The notes: generated by a model not told the origin, from the letters alone. 64,000 bases of DNA from Clostridiales bacterium Firm_16 (GCA_001604185.1 LVAV01000098.1:46999-110998), one strand, 5' to 3'; positions 36,045-45,806 are shown, numbered from the stretch's first letter. Numbers and translations are program-made.

Positions 36045-36878
36045 ATGTTCTTCTTCGTATGTGCCCTCTATGCAGAGGCCAAACCGCTGATTTCCGCTCT
36101 TTCCCTAAGGAAAGACGCTTTCTCATGCCCATACGAGACCTATTTTGACGAAGACAGCTCCTGTGTATTGACTCTGTCCGGCATGGGCCCGGTGGCCGCA
36201 GCTTCCGCCACAGCCTATCTTCTCACCCGTTTCGGCTTCCGAAGCGACCGGGATTTTCTCATTAATTTCGGCTCTTGCGCCGGCGCGGGAGAAGGTCTTC
36301 ACATCGTAAACAAGATCACAGACAGTCTGACGGGACGCGACTACTACCCGGACATGCTCTACGATCTTTCTTCCTGCGGTCTTCCCGCTTCTTCGGAAAA
36401 AGCTCTGACTACGGTCAGCCGGGTCGTTTCTACTTTAGCGGACCCCGATTCACTTTACGAGATGGAAGCATCCGGTATTTTCCAGGCCGCTTCCCGCTTT
36501 CTTCCGCCACATCGGATGCTTTTCCTGAAATATGTGTCCGATTCCGGAGTTGAGGATCCCGGATCCATCACGGGGGAACTTCTGACCCTGCGTGCCGAAC
36601 AGCATATTCCTACCGTTCTTGCGGTACTGGAGAAGTTGAAAGGCGCCTGTGAAGAAACCTCCTCCATCGACGAAGACCTGTTTCTTTCCACATCCTATGC
36701 CCTTCACTTAAGCGAGACCATGCGGCACGAGCTCTATCAGCTCTTCGCCTATGCCCGGGCTTCCGGAACGGCCATCGAGCCGATCCTTACGGAACTGGAA
36801 TCTGAAGGCAAGATCCCGACATCATCCAAACGCGAGGGAAAGGTGGTGCTCGATGCAATCCGGCAACGACTTATTTAA
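36045..36878 (+). CDS. PNP/UDP-1 (MTA/SAH-nucleosidase-like) family protein with C-terminal extension
   Basis: MFFFVCALYAEAKPL and LSGMGPVAAASATAYLLTRFG resemble the nucleosidase GIGKVNAA block, and EMEASG resembles the catalytic-loop region. The assignment rests on motif resemblance only. Confidence 0.5.
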   Translation: MFFFVCALYAEAKPLISALSLRKDAFSCPYETYFDEDSSCVLTLSGMGPVAAASATAYLLTRFGFRSDRDFLINFGSCAGAGEGLHIVNKITDSLTGRDYYPDMLYDLSSCGLPASSEKALTTVSRVVSTLADPDSLYEMEASGIFQAASRFLPPHRMLFLKYVSDSGVEDPGSITGELLTLRAEQHIPTVLAVLEKLKGACEETSSIDEDLFLSTSYALHLSETMRHELYQLFAYARASGTAIEPILTELESEGKIPTSSKREGKVVLDAIRQRLI

Positions 36879-37881
36879 CTATCCTTTCTCCCACATTTAC
36901 GTGGAAGAATCCGTCCGGGACCACGAACTTGTCCGCAGCATCCTTGCCCGCTTTGCCAAGTCAGTGGTGATCCCCATCACCCACTATAAGGACATCTTTA
37001 ACCGAAGCCGGCAGAGCTTCGGCCTGCAGAAATCTTCCCAGGCCCTGATTCTTGCCAGGAACACAGGTGCTTCGATCTTCCCCGGCGCACCGGTCTGTCA
37101 GGATTTCGGATATGATCACTTCTACTATGCAAGCAGCATCCGAAACTGCTTCTACGATTGCGAATACTGTTTTCTGAAAGGCATGTACGGTTCCGGCAAC
37201 ATCGTTGTCTTTGTGAATCTGGAAGATACTTTTGCCGAACTGGAGACTCTGCTGAAAGAACACCCGGTTTATCTGTGTGTCTCGTATGACACCGACCTCA
37301 TCGCATTAGAATCTCTGACCGGCTTTGCTACCCGCTGGGCGGAATTTACCGCAAGCCATGAAAATCTGACCATCGAGATTCGTACCAAGTCTTTCCGCAA
37401 AGACATCTACGACAAGATCCCGCCCTGTGACCGCGTGATCTTCGCATACACTCTTTCACCGGAAGAAGTTATTACCCGTTACGAGAAGAAGACCGCTTCT
37501 CTTTCGGAACGACTCGCCGCCGCTGCCTGCGCTATGGAAAAAGGATTCCCGGTCCGGTTGTGTTTCGACCCCATGATCTACTTCCCGAACTGGAAAGATT
37601 CATATACATCAATGTGTAAAACCGTCCAAGAAAGCATAGACACACATCGATTAAAGGACATCAGCCTGGGGTCTTTCCGCATCTCCGCCGAGTACATCAA
37701 GAAGCTCAGAAGAGACTTCCCGGATTCCGCCATCTGCCAGTTCCCGTATGAAAACAAAGACGGCTTCTTCCAATACCCGGAAAACATCCGGAAAGATATG
37801 GAAAATACCCTTTTGACACTGTTACAAACCTTGATATCTGAGGATAAGATATTTAGAATCGATAATACAGAGAATGCTTGA
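36853..37881 (+). CDS. Spore-photoproduct-lyase-family radical SAM protein
   Basis: CFYDCEYC (CxxxCxxC) at residues ~99-106 and an overall SplB-like layout. I chose the start at ATG 36853 (MQSGNDL), overlapping the upstream gene by 26 nt. The track's 36751 start lies inside the previous gene. Confidence 0.65.
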   Translation: MQSGNDLFNYPFSHIYVEESVRDHELVRSILARFAKSVVIPITHYKDIFNRSRQSFGLQKSSQALILARNTGASIFPGAPVCQDFGYDHFYYASSIRNCFYDCEYCFLKGMYGSGNIVVFVNLEDTFAELETLLKEHPVYLCVSYDTDLIALESLTGFATRWAEFTASHENLTIEIRTKSFRKDIYDKIPPCDRVIFAYTLSPEEVITRYEKKTASLSERLAAAACAMEKGFPVRLCFDPMIYFPNWKDSYTSMCKTVQESIDTHRLKDISLGSFRISAEYIKKLRRDFPDSAICQFPYENKDGFFQYPENIRKDMENTLLTLLQTLISEDKIFRIDNTENA

Positions 37882-37894
37882 AGGAGGCACTTCC

Positions 37895-38509
37895 ATGAAC
37901 GATATCCGACTCAATAACAAACACAAAATGCGGCCCGAAGACGTCCGTAACTGCCCCAAATGCGGAGCTCCGATCCTCTCGGAAGTATGCCAGTTCTGCG
38001 GCACCTATATCGGCAAAGTCGCCACCTCTGATCTGACTCCGGAATATCCGGTAGTCGAATGCAAACTCGCCAAGATCGGGTTCTGGACAGTCGGTTTTCC
38101 GCTCATGTTCGGCGGCATTTTTACATGTGCATCTATTCCTTTTCTTTTCGCTTCGGATGCACTTGAGAAAGCAGATTCGCCCGTTTCCATGAAAGCATTT
38201 CTCATCCCGTTCATACTGATCGGACTTGTATCTTTAGGATTCGCGCTTTACCGCATCTTCCGTACACTTCAGGTCAAGATCTCCGGAACACAGAGAAGCG
38301 GCGTCATTTACGGCTACATGGACGATACCGTCGCCTACAACGGAGTCAATGGTCAGAAAGTTAAGATCCTGGTGGATACCGCAGAAGGCAAGAAGTTCAT
38401 CTTACTGCCCCTGGGTACTACGTCGAAGCCCTACGAAGTGAACAGCGCAGTAGATGTCCGACTTCTGGACAAGTGGGCCGTCATTCTTCCCAAGAAGACA
38501 AACTGGTGA
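37895..38509 (+). CDS. Zinc-ribbon membrane protein, function unknown
   Basis: CPKCGAPILSEVCQFCG followed by 2-3 TM helices and a C-terminal beta-rich domain. The start ATG is 7 nt after AAGGAGG. Confidence 0.6.
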   Translation: MNDIRLNNKHKMRPEDVRNCPKCGAPILSEVCQFCGTYIGKVATSDLTPEYPVVECKLAKIGFWTVGFPLMFGGIFTCASIPFLFASDALEKADSPVSMKAFLIPFILIGLVSLGFALYRIFRTLQVKISGTQRSGVIYGYMDDTVAYNGVNGQKVKILVDTAEGKKFILLPLGTTSKPYEVNSAVDVRLLDKWAVILPKKTNW

Positions 38510-38524
38510 TCAAGGAGCAGAAAT

Positions 38525-39229
38525 ATGGCAAGAACAGCGATCGTCACAGGCGCCTCCTCCGGAATCGGAAAAGCGATCTGTCAGGCACTTTCTGATATGG
38601 ACTATGAGATCTACGGCATCGGAAGAGATTTCTCCGATGCACAGGAGCTTATATCGAATCCGTCTTTTCACAAGGTTGAGCTTGATCTTCTGAAGACAAA
38701 TGAATTAGAACAGGAAATTCGTTCTATTTCGAAAGGCAAGACGATCAATCTTCTGGTAAACTGTGCCGGTGTGGGGTACTATGGTCTGCACGAAGAACTC
38801 TCTACTAAGAGCATTTCCGAAATGGTCAGAACCAATCTGGAAGTACCGCTTCTTCTTTCTAACCTTCTTCTTCGCAAGTTGAAAGAAAGCCACGGAATGA
38901 TCCTGAACATCGCCTCCGTTACCGCTTCACAGAGTAATCCACATGGAGCAGCCTATGGCGCTACCAAGGCCGGACTTCAGAGCTTCGCACGAAGTCTGTG
39001 GGATGAAGCCAGAAAATACGGTGTTAAGGTCACCACGATCCTCCCGGACATGACCGATACGAATCTCTACCGTAACGCAGATTTTGAAGCTTCGAAAGAA
39101 GAAAACGCACGGCTTCTTCCGCAGGACATAGCCGATGCCGTGAAGTACATTCTTCAGGCTGATCCGCATATGACCATTACAGAATTCACCGTGCGTCCGC
39201 AATTACATCGTATTGAGAAAAAGCAATGA
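38525..39229 (+). CDS. Short-chain dehydrogenase/reductase (SDR)
   Basis: TGASSGIGKAI (NAD(P)-binding), NCAG and the catalytic S...YGATK. Confidence 0.85.
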   Translation: MARTAIVTGASSGIGKAICQALSDMDYEIYGIGRDFSDAQELISNPSFHKVELDLLKTNELEQEIRSISKGKTINLLVNCAGVGYYGLHEELSTKSISEMVRTNLEVPLLLSNLLLRKLKESHGMILNIASVTASQSNPHGAAYGATKAGLQSFARSLWDEARKYGVKVTTILPDMTDTNLYRNADFEASKEENARLLPQDIADAVKYILQADPHMTITEFTVRPQLHRIEKKQ

Positions 39230-39248
39230 CCGTTAATGAGTCGTCGCA

Positions 39249-40136
39249 TCAGAGTTCGAAGATAAAATACCGTGTCATCTTATTCTCTCTCTTCTCATCC
39301 AGGACATCCTTCTTGAGGTTCTCCAGGCTGAATCCGGCGTGCCAGAAGAAATCGTAGTCTTCGGCCTTCTCATCATGGACTCTGTCCGGAAGCGTGACCG
39401 TACCATCAGATGAAACAGTGATGCCGTACAAAACGACACAATCGTATGCAGTCTTCGTGTCTCCTTGTTTCGTTGCGATGGTTGTCTCATAGATGAAATA
39501 CAATCCATTTTTATTCTCACTAGAGATGTAATATTTTTCCAGAAGCTTCGGCGTGCCGGAAATATTCCAGATTTCCAAAGAGGAGATCAGGATACCACGA
39601 TCATGCTGATCCGTGACATATTCCAGCGCCATCTTCTCGGCTTTCTCCATGACAGAAGGATCCGCAAGGATATCCGACTTTCCGACCTGATTGTTCTTAC
39701 GTACCTTCTCCTTGTTGGTAGTCGTCGTATTCACCGTAGCGCGCTGCGCTTTTGTTTCCTTGATCTTATCGAAAAGGATCGGACCCAGCATTCTCACTGC
39801 CACAAACAGAACTATAATGATGATGCAACTCTTGAGCATGGACTTCAGACGACGAACCATACCTTCGATCTTTCTCTTACGCTGTCTGCGGGCTTCCTCC
39901 TCTTCTTTCTCCAGCTGCTTACGCTCTTGTTCTGCATAGTATTCCTGCAGTTCGGCTTTCTTGTTCTGGAGAGAACGACGGATGAATTCCTCGGCATTGG
40001 CGATCTGCTCATAAGCAATATCGTTGGAATCTTTCTCGATCTCCTTGTTAAAACCACAGTATTCGCAGACCAGTCTCTCACCTTCCAGGTGCAGAGGGGC
40101 TTCACATTGCGGACAGGATTGGATCTTCAGTTTCAT
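39249..40136 (-). CDS. Zinc-ribbon / coiled-coil / TM / C-terminal-domain protein, paralog 3 of 3
   Basis: MKLKIQSCPQCEAPLHLEGERLVCEYCG, a charged coiled-coil segment and one TM helix. The start ATG is 7 nt after AAGGAGGTG and ATGA-overlaps the upstream stop. 295 aa. Confidence 0.65.
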   Translation of the reverse strand: MKLKIQSCPQCEAPLHLEGERLVCEYCGFNKEIEKDSNDIAYEQIANAEEFIRRSLQNKKAELQEYYAEQERKQLEKEEEEARRQRKRKIEGMVRRLKSMLKSCIIIIVLFVAVRMLGPILFDKIKETKAQRATVNTTTTNKEKVRKNNQVGKSDILADPSVMEKAEKMALEYVTDQHDRGILISSLEIWNISGTPKLLEKYYISSENKNGLYFIYETTIATKQGDTKTAYDCVVLYGITVSSDGTVTLPDRVHDEKAEDYDFFWHAGFSLENLKKDVLDEKRENKMTRYFIFEL

Positions 40137-41020
40137 CCCTTGGCACCTCCTTCCGAGAGCATATAGGAAATATCCAGTTTCGTAGCATAGAGCCGGTAGC
40201 TGCCCAGAATGCATTGTCTGTAGAGCTGATCGAACTCACGGTATCCACCGAATGTTCCGCTGGACTGATTTCCGAAGTCCGGAATATAATCCGTCTTCAG
40301 CGCCCCGTTCTTGTCCAGATCGAAATTCAAGAACCGGACACAGTCGTAGACAGGGACTTCTTCCTGTGTATCTGTGTATGTGTAGATCGTCTTATAGATC
40401 AGGTACAGCGCCGTGTCATTCGCGGTCGTCGACTGCATCAGATAGGCGTCGACCAATTCCGCTTCCGCAGTCCTTCTTGCGTCACGGGTAGAAAGATAAT
40501 TCTCATCGTTCACATTCTCGTATTGTCTTGTAGTGACATAGTACTGTGCAGTGAGATCCGCATTGTCCAGATAATCCTTTCGGTTCTTCAAGATCTCGAC
40601 GATCTTGGACACGGACTCCGCGCTCCTCACTTTCTGATCGCTGGTACTCTTTCTGACACCGGAAAAGATATAGAATAATCCGCCCACCATCAGGCCGACA
40701 GAAATCACGCCTACCACGATATATGAGAGAGTGATCCTGAAGATCGTACGCAGATCCTTCTTTCTTTCATTGACCCATTCACGTCTCTCCTGACGTTGTG
40801 CCATGTCTTCTCTCAGCTGGTACTGAGTCTGCATGACTTCCAGATCTCTGGCAAGCAGCTGTCTGGTACGGTCTGCCTGGGTCACCAGATCTGTGTATTT
40901 CACGTCTGCCTCATCGTAGTCGATGGTAAAAGCCGTACCACAGCTGGAGCAGAAGAAGGATTCTCCCTGCTGGTTCAGGAAACCATTGCACTGAGGACAG
41001 TTGAGATTGGTAAGTTTCAT
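40133..41020 (-). CDS. Zinc-ribbon / coiled-coil / TM / C-terminal-domain protein, paralog 2 of 3
   Basis: MKLTNLNCPQCNGFLNQQGESFFCSSCG with the same architecture. AAGGAGGG lies 6 nt upstream. 295 aa. Confidence 0.65.
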   Translation of the reverse strand: MKLTNLNCPQCNGFLNQQGESFFCSSCGTAFTIDYDEADVKYTDLVTQADRTRQLLARDLEVMQTQYQLREDMAQRQERREWVNERKKDLRTIFRITLSYIVVGVISVGLMVGGLFYIFSGVRKSTSDQKVRSAESVSKIVEILKNRKDYLDNADLTAQYYVTTRQYENVNDENYLSTRDARRTAEAELVDAYLMQSTTANDTALYLIYKTIYTYTDTQEEVPVYDCVRFLNFDLDKNGALKTDYIPDFGNQSSGTFGGYREFDQLYRQCILGSYRLYATKLDISYMLSEGGAKG

Positions 41021-41032
41021 CTTTTGCCCTCC

Positions 41033-41920
41033 TTATCCTTTTTTATTTCCGTCTGCGACGGCCGCATCCGATACCTTGACCGGAATGACTTTGGAAGATG
41101 ATTCTGTCAACGCATTATCTGCATACAGCTCCTCAAGGCTGGCATATCCGCCGTCCGTGAAGGAAAAAGCATCTCCATATACCTGATTCGTGCTGTATGA
41201 ACAATTGACTTTATCTTCGTCCTGCATCTTAATAAGAAAGATCTTGTAGCAGAGATACTTCTCGACCATGCGGTCACTTCCCTCTACCTGATAATCATTC
41301 TTATAGACCATGTAATAGAAATAATCTGCCGTACCATCCACCACGAAGCTTTCGATAAACTCAGGTTCGCCTGTTCGAATAGCTACTTCATCGGAATCGG
41401 AAAGTTTGATCTGCTGCCGGGTCTCGTATTTCGCTTCATAGGCGCCGCTGGCAATGGCATTCTTCTGAAATTCTGCATCCTTCTCGATCAGGATCTTCAG
41501 ATCCGTGACAGTTACATTTTTCTGTGTACTCACCTCGCCATCATCGATCTTCTCGGCCATACCACGGAAGAGCATGCTGAGAATGAAAGGTTGCACGAGG
41601 GATCCGATCATGAGAAGAAAGAACACACCACCGACGATAATGAACGGACGGAGGATTCTGGTCCAGGTCTTCTTGGCTTCTCGTCTGGCCTGATTTCTCT
41701 GTTCGACCATCTGGATCTGCTGACGTGTCTGGGTAAGAGTCTGAATACGCTCGGCCTCGGCATTGGCACGCTCCTGAGCAGTCGCCTGACGGGCCCGCTC
41801 CACGTCCATGTTTTCCCAATCCAGTACAAAAGCGGTACCGCAATTGGTGCATACCCATTGATTATTCTGGAAGGCCAGCTGACCACCGCAATTTCCACAT
41901 TTTCTTGTTTCCATCTGCAT
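41033..41920 (-). CDS. Zinc-ribbon / coiled-coil / TM / C-terminal-domain protein, paralog 1 of 3
   Basis: MQMETRKCGNCGGQLAFQNNQWVCTNCG with the same architecture. I chose the start at ATG 41920, 7 nt after GGAGGG. The 45-aa upstream extension in the track was rejected. 295 aa. Confidence 0.65.
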   Translation of the reverse strand: MQMETRKCGNCGGQLAFQNNQWVCTNCGTAFVLDWENMDVERARQATAQERANAEAERIQTLTQTRQQIQMVEQRNQARREAKKTWTRILRPFIIVGGVFFLLMIGSLVQPFILSMLFRGMAEKIDDGEVSTQKNVTVTDLKILIEKDAEFQKNAIASGAYEAKYETRQQIKLSDSDEVAIRTGEPEFIESFVVDGTADYFYYMVYKNDYQVEGSDRMVEKYLCYKIFLIKMQDEDKVNCSYSTNQVYGDAFSFTDGGYASLEELYADNALTESSSKVIPVKVSDAAVADGNKKG

Positions 41921-41983
41921 GATTGTTCCCTCCAAACATTCAGATTCTTTCGGTCCTTGAACCGAGAAATAAGGCGCATCGGC

Positions 41984-42016
41984 GAGATCGCCGATCTCCT
42001 TCCATTTCGAATTATA
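41984..42016 (-). promoter_or_regulatory. Extended -10 (TGcTATAAT) followed by 7+1+7 palindrome GAGATCGgCGATCTC
   Basis: The minus strand reads ttaTGcTATAATtcgaaatggaagGAGATCGGCGATCTCgcc, located 65-95 nt upstream of the first paralog start. Confidence 0.3.
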
Positions 42017-42124
42017 GCATAAGCCCGTCAAGCGAAATATGCGAAAGATGTTCATTTTTGATGCGTTTATTTCGAAGAATGAACAAGATTAGCAAACCTT
42101 TTCCGATGCCGGCCCCTTGTATCT

Positions 42125-42177
42125 GGAGAACAAAACAACACACTTTCCCGTTTTTTACTACGTTTCGGGAAAGTGTG
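42125..42177 (-). terminator. Terminator after rho
   Basis: 12-bp stem cacactttcccg/cgggaaagtgtg, followed on the minus strand by TTGTTTTGTT. It lies 45 nt after the rho stop. Confidence 0.6.
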
Positions 42178-42222
42178 CATGTGTTGTTCTTTTTATTCTC
42201 TACATATTCGGTATTCCGAACG

Positions 42223-44376
42223 TCATTCCTTCGCCGTACTGCTCTGGCTGCCGGTTCCGCGCATGGCGTCGAATACTTCTTTATCGGCAAAAGATACCTT
42301 AACAGAGCGGATGAAGTGATCGTTGGAGTTGGTCCGCAACAGAAGGTTGATGATGGTCTCGGTGACCGGAGCGGTCTCCATCTGAGAGAAGGCCTTACGG
42401 ATCGTCCATACGGCATCCAGTTCTTCCTGAGTCATCAACAGATCCTCACGACGTGTACCGGACTTGTTGATATCGATCGCCGGGAAGATACGCTTCTCGG
42501 AAAGCTTTCTGTCGAGGTACACTTCCATATTACCTGTACCCTTGAACTCTTCGAAAATAACTTCGTCCATTCTCGAACCGGTCTCGATCAACGAGGTCGC
42601 AACGATTGTCAGGCTTCCGCCGTTCTCGATATTTCTCGCCGCACCGAAGAAACGCTTCGGGCCATAGAGAGATCCCGGATCCAGACCACCGGAAAGGGTT
42701 CTTCCTGTAGGTGTGATAGTCAGGTTATACGCACGGGCCAGACGAGTCATGGAGTCGAGGAGGATCACGACATCCTCACCCATTTCAACAAGTCTCATGG
42801 CACGTTCCAGAACCAGTTCCGTAACTCTTGTATGGTTCTCCGGTTTCTTATCGAATGTGGAATACACAACTTCACCCTTGATCGAACGCTGCATATCCGT
42901 AACTTCCTCCGGACGCTCGTCGATGAGAAGCACGATGAGCTTGGTCTTCGGGCTGTTCTGGGAGATCGCGTTGGCGATCTTCTGCAGAAGGATCGTCTTA
43001 CCTGCTTTCGGCGGGGAAACGATCATACCTCGCTGACCCTTACCGATCGGAGATACCAGATCGATGATCCTGGTGGAGAGCTCCTGTTTTCCTGTCTCCA
43101 GACGGAAACGTTCATCCGGATAGATCGGCGTCAATCTTTCGAAATGAGGACGTCTTCCAAGCTTATCGAGTTCCACATCGTTGACGGTAGTAATATAGCT
43201 CAGAGCCAGGTTCTTATCCTGATTCTTCTTGGCAAAAGCAAAGCCTTCGATCTTATCGCCCATACGCAGACCGAATCTGCGGATCAGATTGTTCGGTACG
43301 AAAATATCCTGCGGAGACGGCAGATAATTCTCTCTTCTTACGAAACCATATCCTCCGTCGGATACGATCTCCAGTACACCGGAGAAAGCAACCGGCTCGT
43401 TCTGCGGCTTCGGCGGTTCAGAAGCATTCTCGCCCTCTGCCTGTGCTTTCTCATCCGTATTCTCTTCTGCATTCTCAGAAGGTGCCGAAGGACTTCCTGC
43501 CGGACGGATCTCCACACTTCTGTGGCGGGACTTCTGCTTCTTATTCTTCTGCTGACCCGGACGGTCATTCTTCTTATTCTCGTCCCGGTTTTCTTCTTTA
43601 TTCTCAGGTTTGGACTCTGTCTCAGCAGGTGTGTTCTCGGAAGTTTCCTTCTGCGGAACCTCTTCTGCCTTCGGCTCATCCTTCTTCTCGTTATCGGAAG
43701 CAGGCTTCTCTTCCTTCTTTGCGCCCTTCTTCTGGCGGTTGTTCTTGCTCTTGGAAGAATTCTTCGCGTCTTCCTTCTTCTCGGAAGACGGATCAGAAGG
43801 TGTCTCAGAGGAAGCTTCCTCTTTCTGTTCCTTCTTCTCTTCTACCGCAGGCGCTTGTTCTGCAGAAGCATCCTTGGCCGGTTCTACTGCCTTCGTCTTC
43901 TTAGTGGTGCGCTTGGAAGTCTTAGAAGCCTTCGGCGCTTCTTCCTTCTTCTGAGGCTCTTCCGTCTTGGCGGCAGTCTCCTCCTTCGGGAGTTCTTCGG
44001 AAGGTTTCTCTTCCTTCGTCTTCTTAGCAGTACGCTTGGAAGGCTTGGCGGCTTTCTCCGCTTTCGGCGCTTCCTTTACTTCAGAAGTTTCTGCTTTCGC
44101 TTCTTCTTTTACTTCAGAAGCGGCTTCTTCCTTTACCTCTTTCTTCTTGGAAGTCTTGGCAGGAGCCTTCTTCGCCGCAGTCTTGGCCTTGGCCTTCGGC
44201 GCTTCTTCCGAAGCAGCCTTACTGTCCTGCTGAGACTTCTTCTGTTCCCGGGAAAGAAGCTGGGCCAGTTCCTTCTGACTCATGGCTTCTGCTTCGATGG
44301 GCGTCAGAATATTGAACGCAGTAGCAAGTGCGGCAAGTTGTTCTTTGCTCTTTGCTGAAAATTCGTCTTTAGACAC
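42223..44376 (-). CDS. rho: Transcription termination factor Rho with ~280-aa K/E/A-rich N-terminal insertion
   Basis: C-terminal RecA-type core ([33 protein letters not shown]), a CSD-like RNA-binding domain ([15 protein letters not shown]) and an N-terminal Rho_N helix. 717 aa in total. Confidence 0.9.
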   Translation of the reverse strand: MSKDEFSAKSKEQLAALATAFNILTPIEAEAMSQKELAQLLSREQKKSQQDSKAASEEAPKAKAKTAAKKAPAKTSKKKEVKEEAASEVKEEAKAETSEVKEAPKAEKAAKPSKRTAKKTKEEKPSEELPKEETAAKTEEPQKKEEAPKASKTSKRTTKKTKAVEPAKDASAEQAPAVEEKKEQKEEASSETPSDPSSEKKEDAKNSSKSKNNRQKKGAKKEEKPASDNEKKDEPKAEEVPQKETSENTPAETESKPENKEENRDENKKNDRPGQQKNKKQKSRHRSVEIRPAGSPSAPSENAEENTDEKAQAEGENASEPPKPQNEPVAFSGVLEIVSDGGYGFVRRENYLPSPQDIFVPNNLIRRFGLRMGDKIEGFAFAKKNQDKNLALSYITTVNDVELDKLGRRPHFERLTPIYPDERFRLETGKQELSTRIIDLVSPIGKGQRGMIVSPPKAGKTILLQKIANAISQNSPKTKLIVLLIDERPEEVTDMQRSIKGEVVYSTFDKKPENHTRVTELVLERAMRLVEMGEDVVILLDSMTRLARAYNLTITPTGRTLSGGLDPGSLYGPKRFFGAARNIENGGSLTIVATSLIETGSRMDEVIFEEFKGTGNMEVYLDRKLSEKRIFPAIDINKSGTRREDLLMTQEELDAVWTIRKAFSQMETAPVTETIINLLLRTNSNDHFIRSVKVSFADKEVFDAMRGTGSQSSTAKE

Positions 44377-44550
44377 AGAAATACCTCGTAAAAAATCTTG
44401 GAATCGGTTTACATAAACATAGAAGGATCATGCCTTCGAATCAAAAAGTGTATTAGTCATTCAAGAGAAAAATAATAAATTAACAAAACACTCCGTCGTG
44501 CTCCATCGGCGATCGGACAGCTCGATGCAAACACTATCTAAACCGATGTT

Positions 44551-44580
44551 ATTATAAGATTTCTCCTGTCAAATTGTCAA
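44551..44580 (-). promoter_or_regulatory. Consensus promoter for rho (TTGACA-18 nt-TATAAT)
   Basis: The minus strand reads TTGACAatttgacaggagaaatctTATAAT, which predicts a 5-prime UTR of about 165 nt. Confidence 0.55.
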
Positions 44581-44581
44581 T

Positions 44582-44614
44582 AAAAAACTTTCCGGACACC
44601 GAGGCGCCGGAAAG
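44582..44614 (-). terminator. Terminator after mreB
   Basis: 8-bp stem ctttccgg/ccggaaag, followed on the minus strand by TTTTTT. It lies 45 nt after the mreB stop. Confidence 0.7.
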
Positions 44615-44658
44615 CTGAAATTGACATGTGAAAGATTTATGTGACCGACTCTTCCGGA

Positions 44659-45669
44659 TCAGGTATCTCCGAGGGCCGCGAACTTGTCCATCATGCTCAG
44701 GGCTTTACCTGTTCCGATGGCTACGCAGCTGACGGTATCTTCTGCAACATATACATCAATACCGATCTTGGTGGCAAGCATACGGTCCAGACCATAAAGC
44801 AGGGCACCACCACCGGTCATAACGATACCACGCTGGGAGATATCTGCCATCAACTCCGGTGGAGTTCTCTCGAGTACGGAGTGAACGGCATCGAAGATCG
44901 CGGCAACCGGCTCCTCGAGAGCTTCCAGCATCTCGGTGGAAGATACGGTAACGGTAGCCGGAAGACCTGTGATCAGGTTTCTGCCTCGAACGTCCATCGT
45001 CATTTCTTCTTCTCTCGGATAAGCACATCCGATGTTGATCTTCAATTCTTCAGCTGTCTTCTCACCAATCAGAACGTTGTGCTTACGACGAACGTGCTTT
45101 ACGATCGCTTCGTCGAACTTGTCGCCGGCAACCTTCAGGGAGAAGTCTACTACAGGCTCGCAGAGGGAGATAACGGCGATATCGGTCGTACCACCACCGA
45201 TATCTACGATCATGGAACCGCAGGCCTTCGTAATATCGATACCGGCACCGATGGCAGCAGCGATCGGCTCACGGATCAGGAATACATCCTTCGCACCTGC
45301 ATGACGGCAGGCATCTTCAACGGCCTTCTGCTCAACCGGCGTAATAACAGACGGTACGCAGACAACAATGGTCGGACGGAAATAGGTGGCACGGATACCC
45401 TGGCACACACGTCCGATAAAAGCCTTCAACATAACTTCGGTAACTTTAAAGTCCGAGATAACACCGTCACGAAGCGGACGGATAGCTTCTACAACGCCCG
45501 GAGTACGGCCCAGCATCAGGCTGGCACTCTCACCTACTGCCAGAACGGTTCCTGTCTTCGTATTAACGGCTACAACAGATGGTTCCTTAAGAACAACGCC
45601 TTTACCGCGCACATAAATAAGCACACTACTCGTGCCCAGATCAATACCAATATCTAGTCCTAAGCCCAT
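44659..45669 (-). CDS. mreB: Rod-shape-determining actin homolog MreB/Mbl
   Basis: IGIDLGTSSVLIYV, DIGGGTTDIAV and GIVMTGGGALL. Confidence 0.9.
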   Translation of the reverse strand: MGLGLDIGIDLGTSSVLIYVRGKGVVLKEPSVVAVNTKTGTVLAVGESASLMLGRTPGVVEAIRPLRDGVISDFKVTEVMLKAFIGRVCQGIRATYFRPTIVVCVPSVITPVEQKAVEDACRHAGAKDVFLIREPIAAAIGAGIDITKACGSMIVDIGGGTTDIAVISLCEPVVDFSLKVAGDKFDEAIVKHVRRKHNVLIGEKTAEELKINIGCAYPREEEMTMDVRGRNLITGLPATVTVSSTEMLEALEEPVAAIFDAVHSVLERTPPELMADISQRGIVMTGGGALLYGLDRMLATKIGIDVYVAEDTVSCVAIGTGKALSMMDKFAALGDT

Positions 45670-45806
45670 GATTCAACACCTCATATATATAGAAAAATAC
45701 GCTCTGCGTATTGTTAATGCACAAATAAGCACGTTAATGATACAATAAATATGCTTATCTTTCAACGTTGCTAGTTTGCATTCATTTTACAAATTGGAGT
45801 GGAATT

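Noticed and set aside
41921-42055. 45-aa N-terminal extension of the first zinc-ribbon paralog. Analogous extensions occur at 40137-40214, 4587-4676, 14695-14763, 12105-12155 and 36751-36852.
   Set aside because: In each case an internal ATG with a good SD gives a protein that aligns with its paralogs or family. The extension would also overlap an upstream gene, leader or promoter.
41923-44358. 811-aa plus-strand ORF
   Set aside because: A codon-aligned antisense shadow of rho. Its C-terminal half is the complement of the K/E/A repeat, giving an F/L/R-rich artefact.
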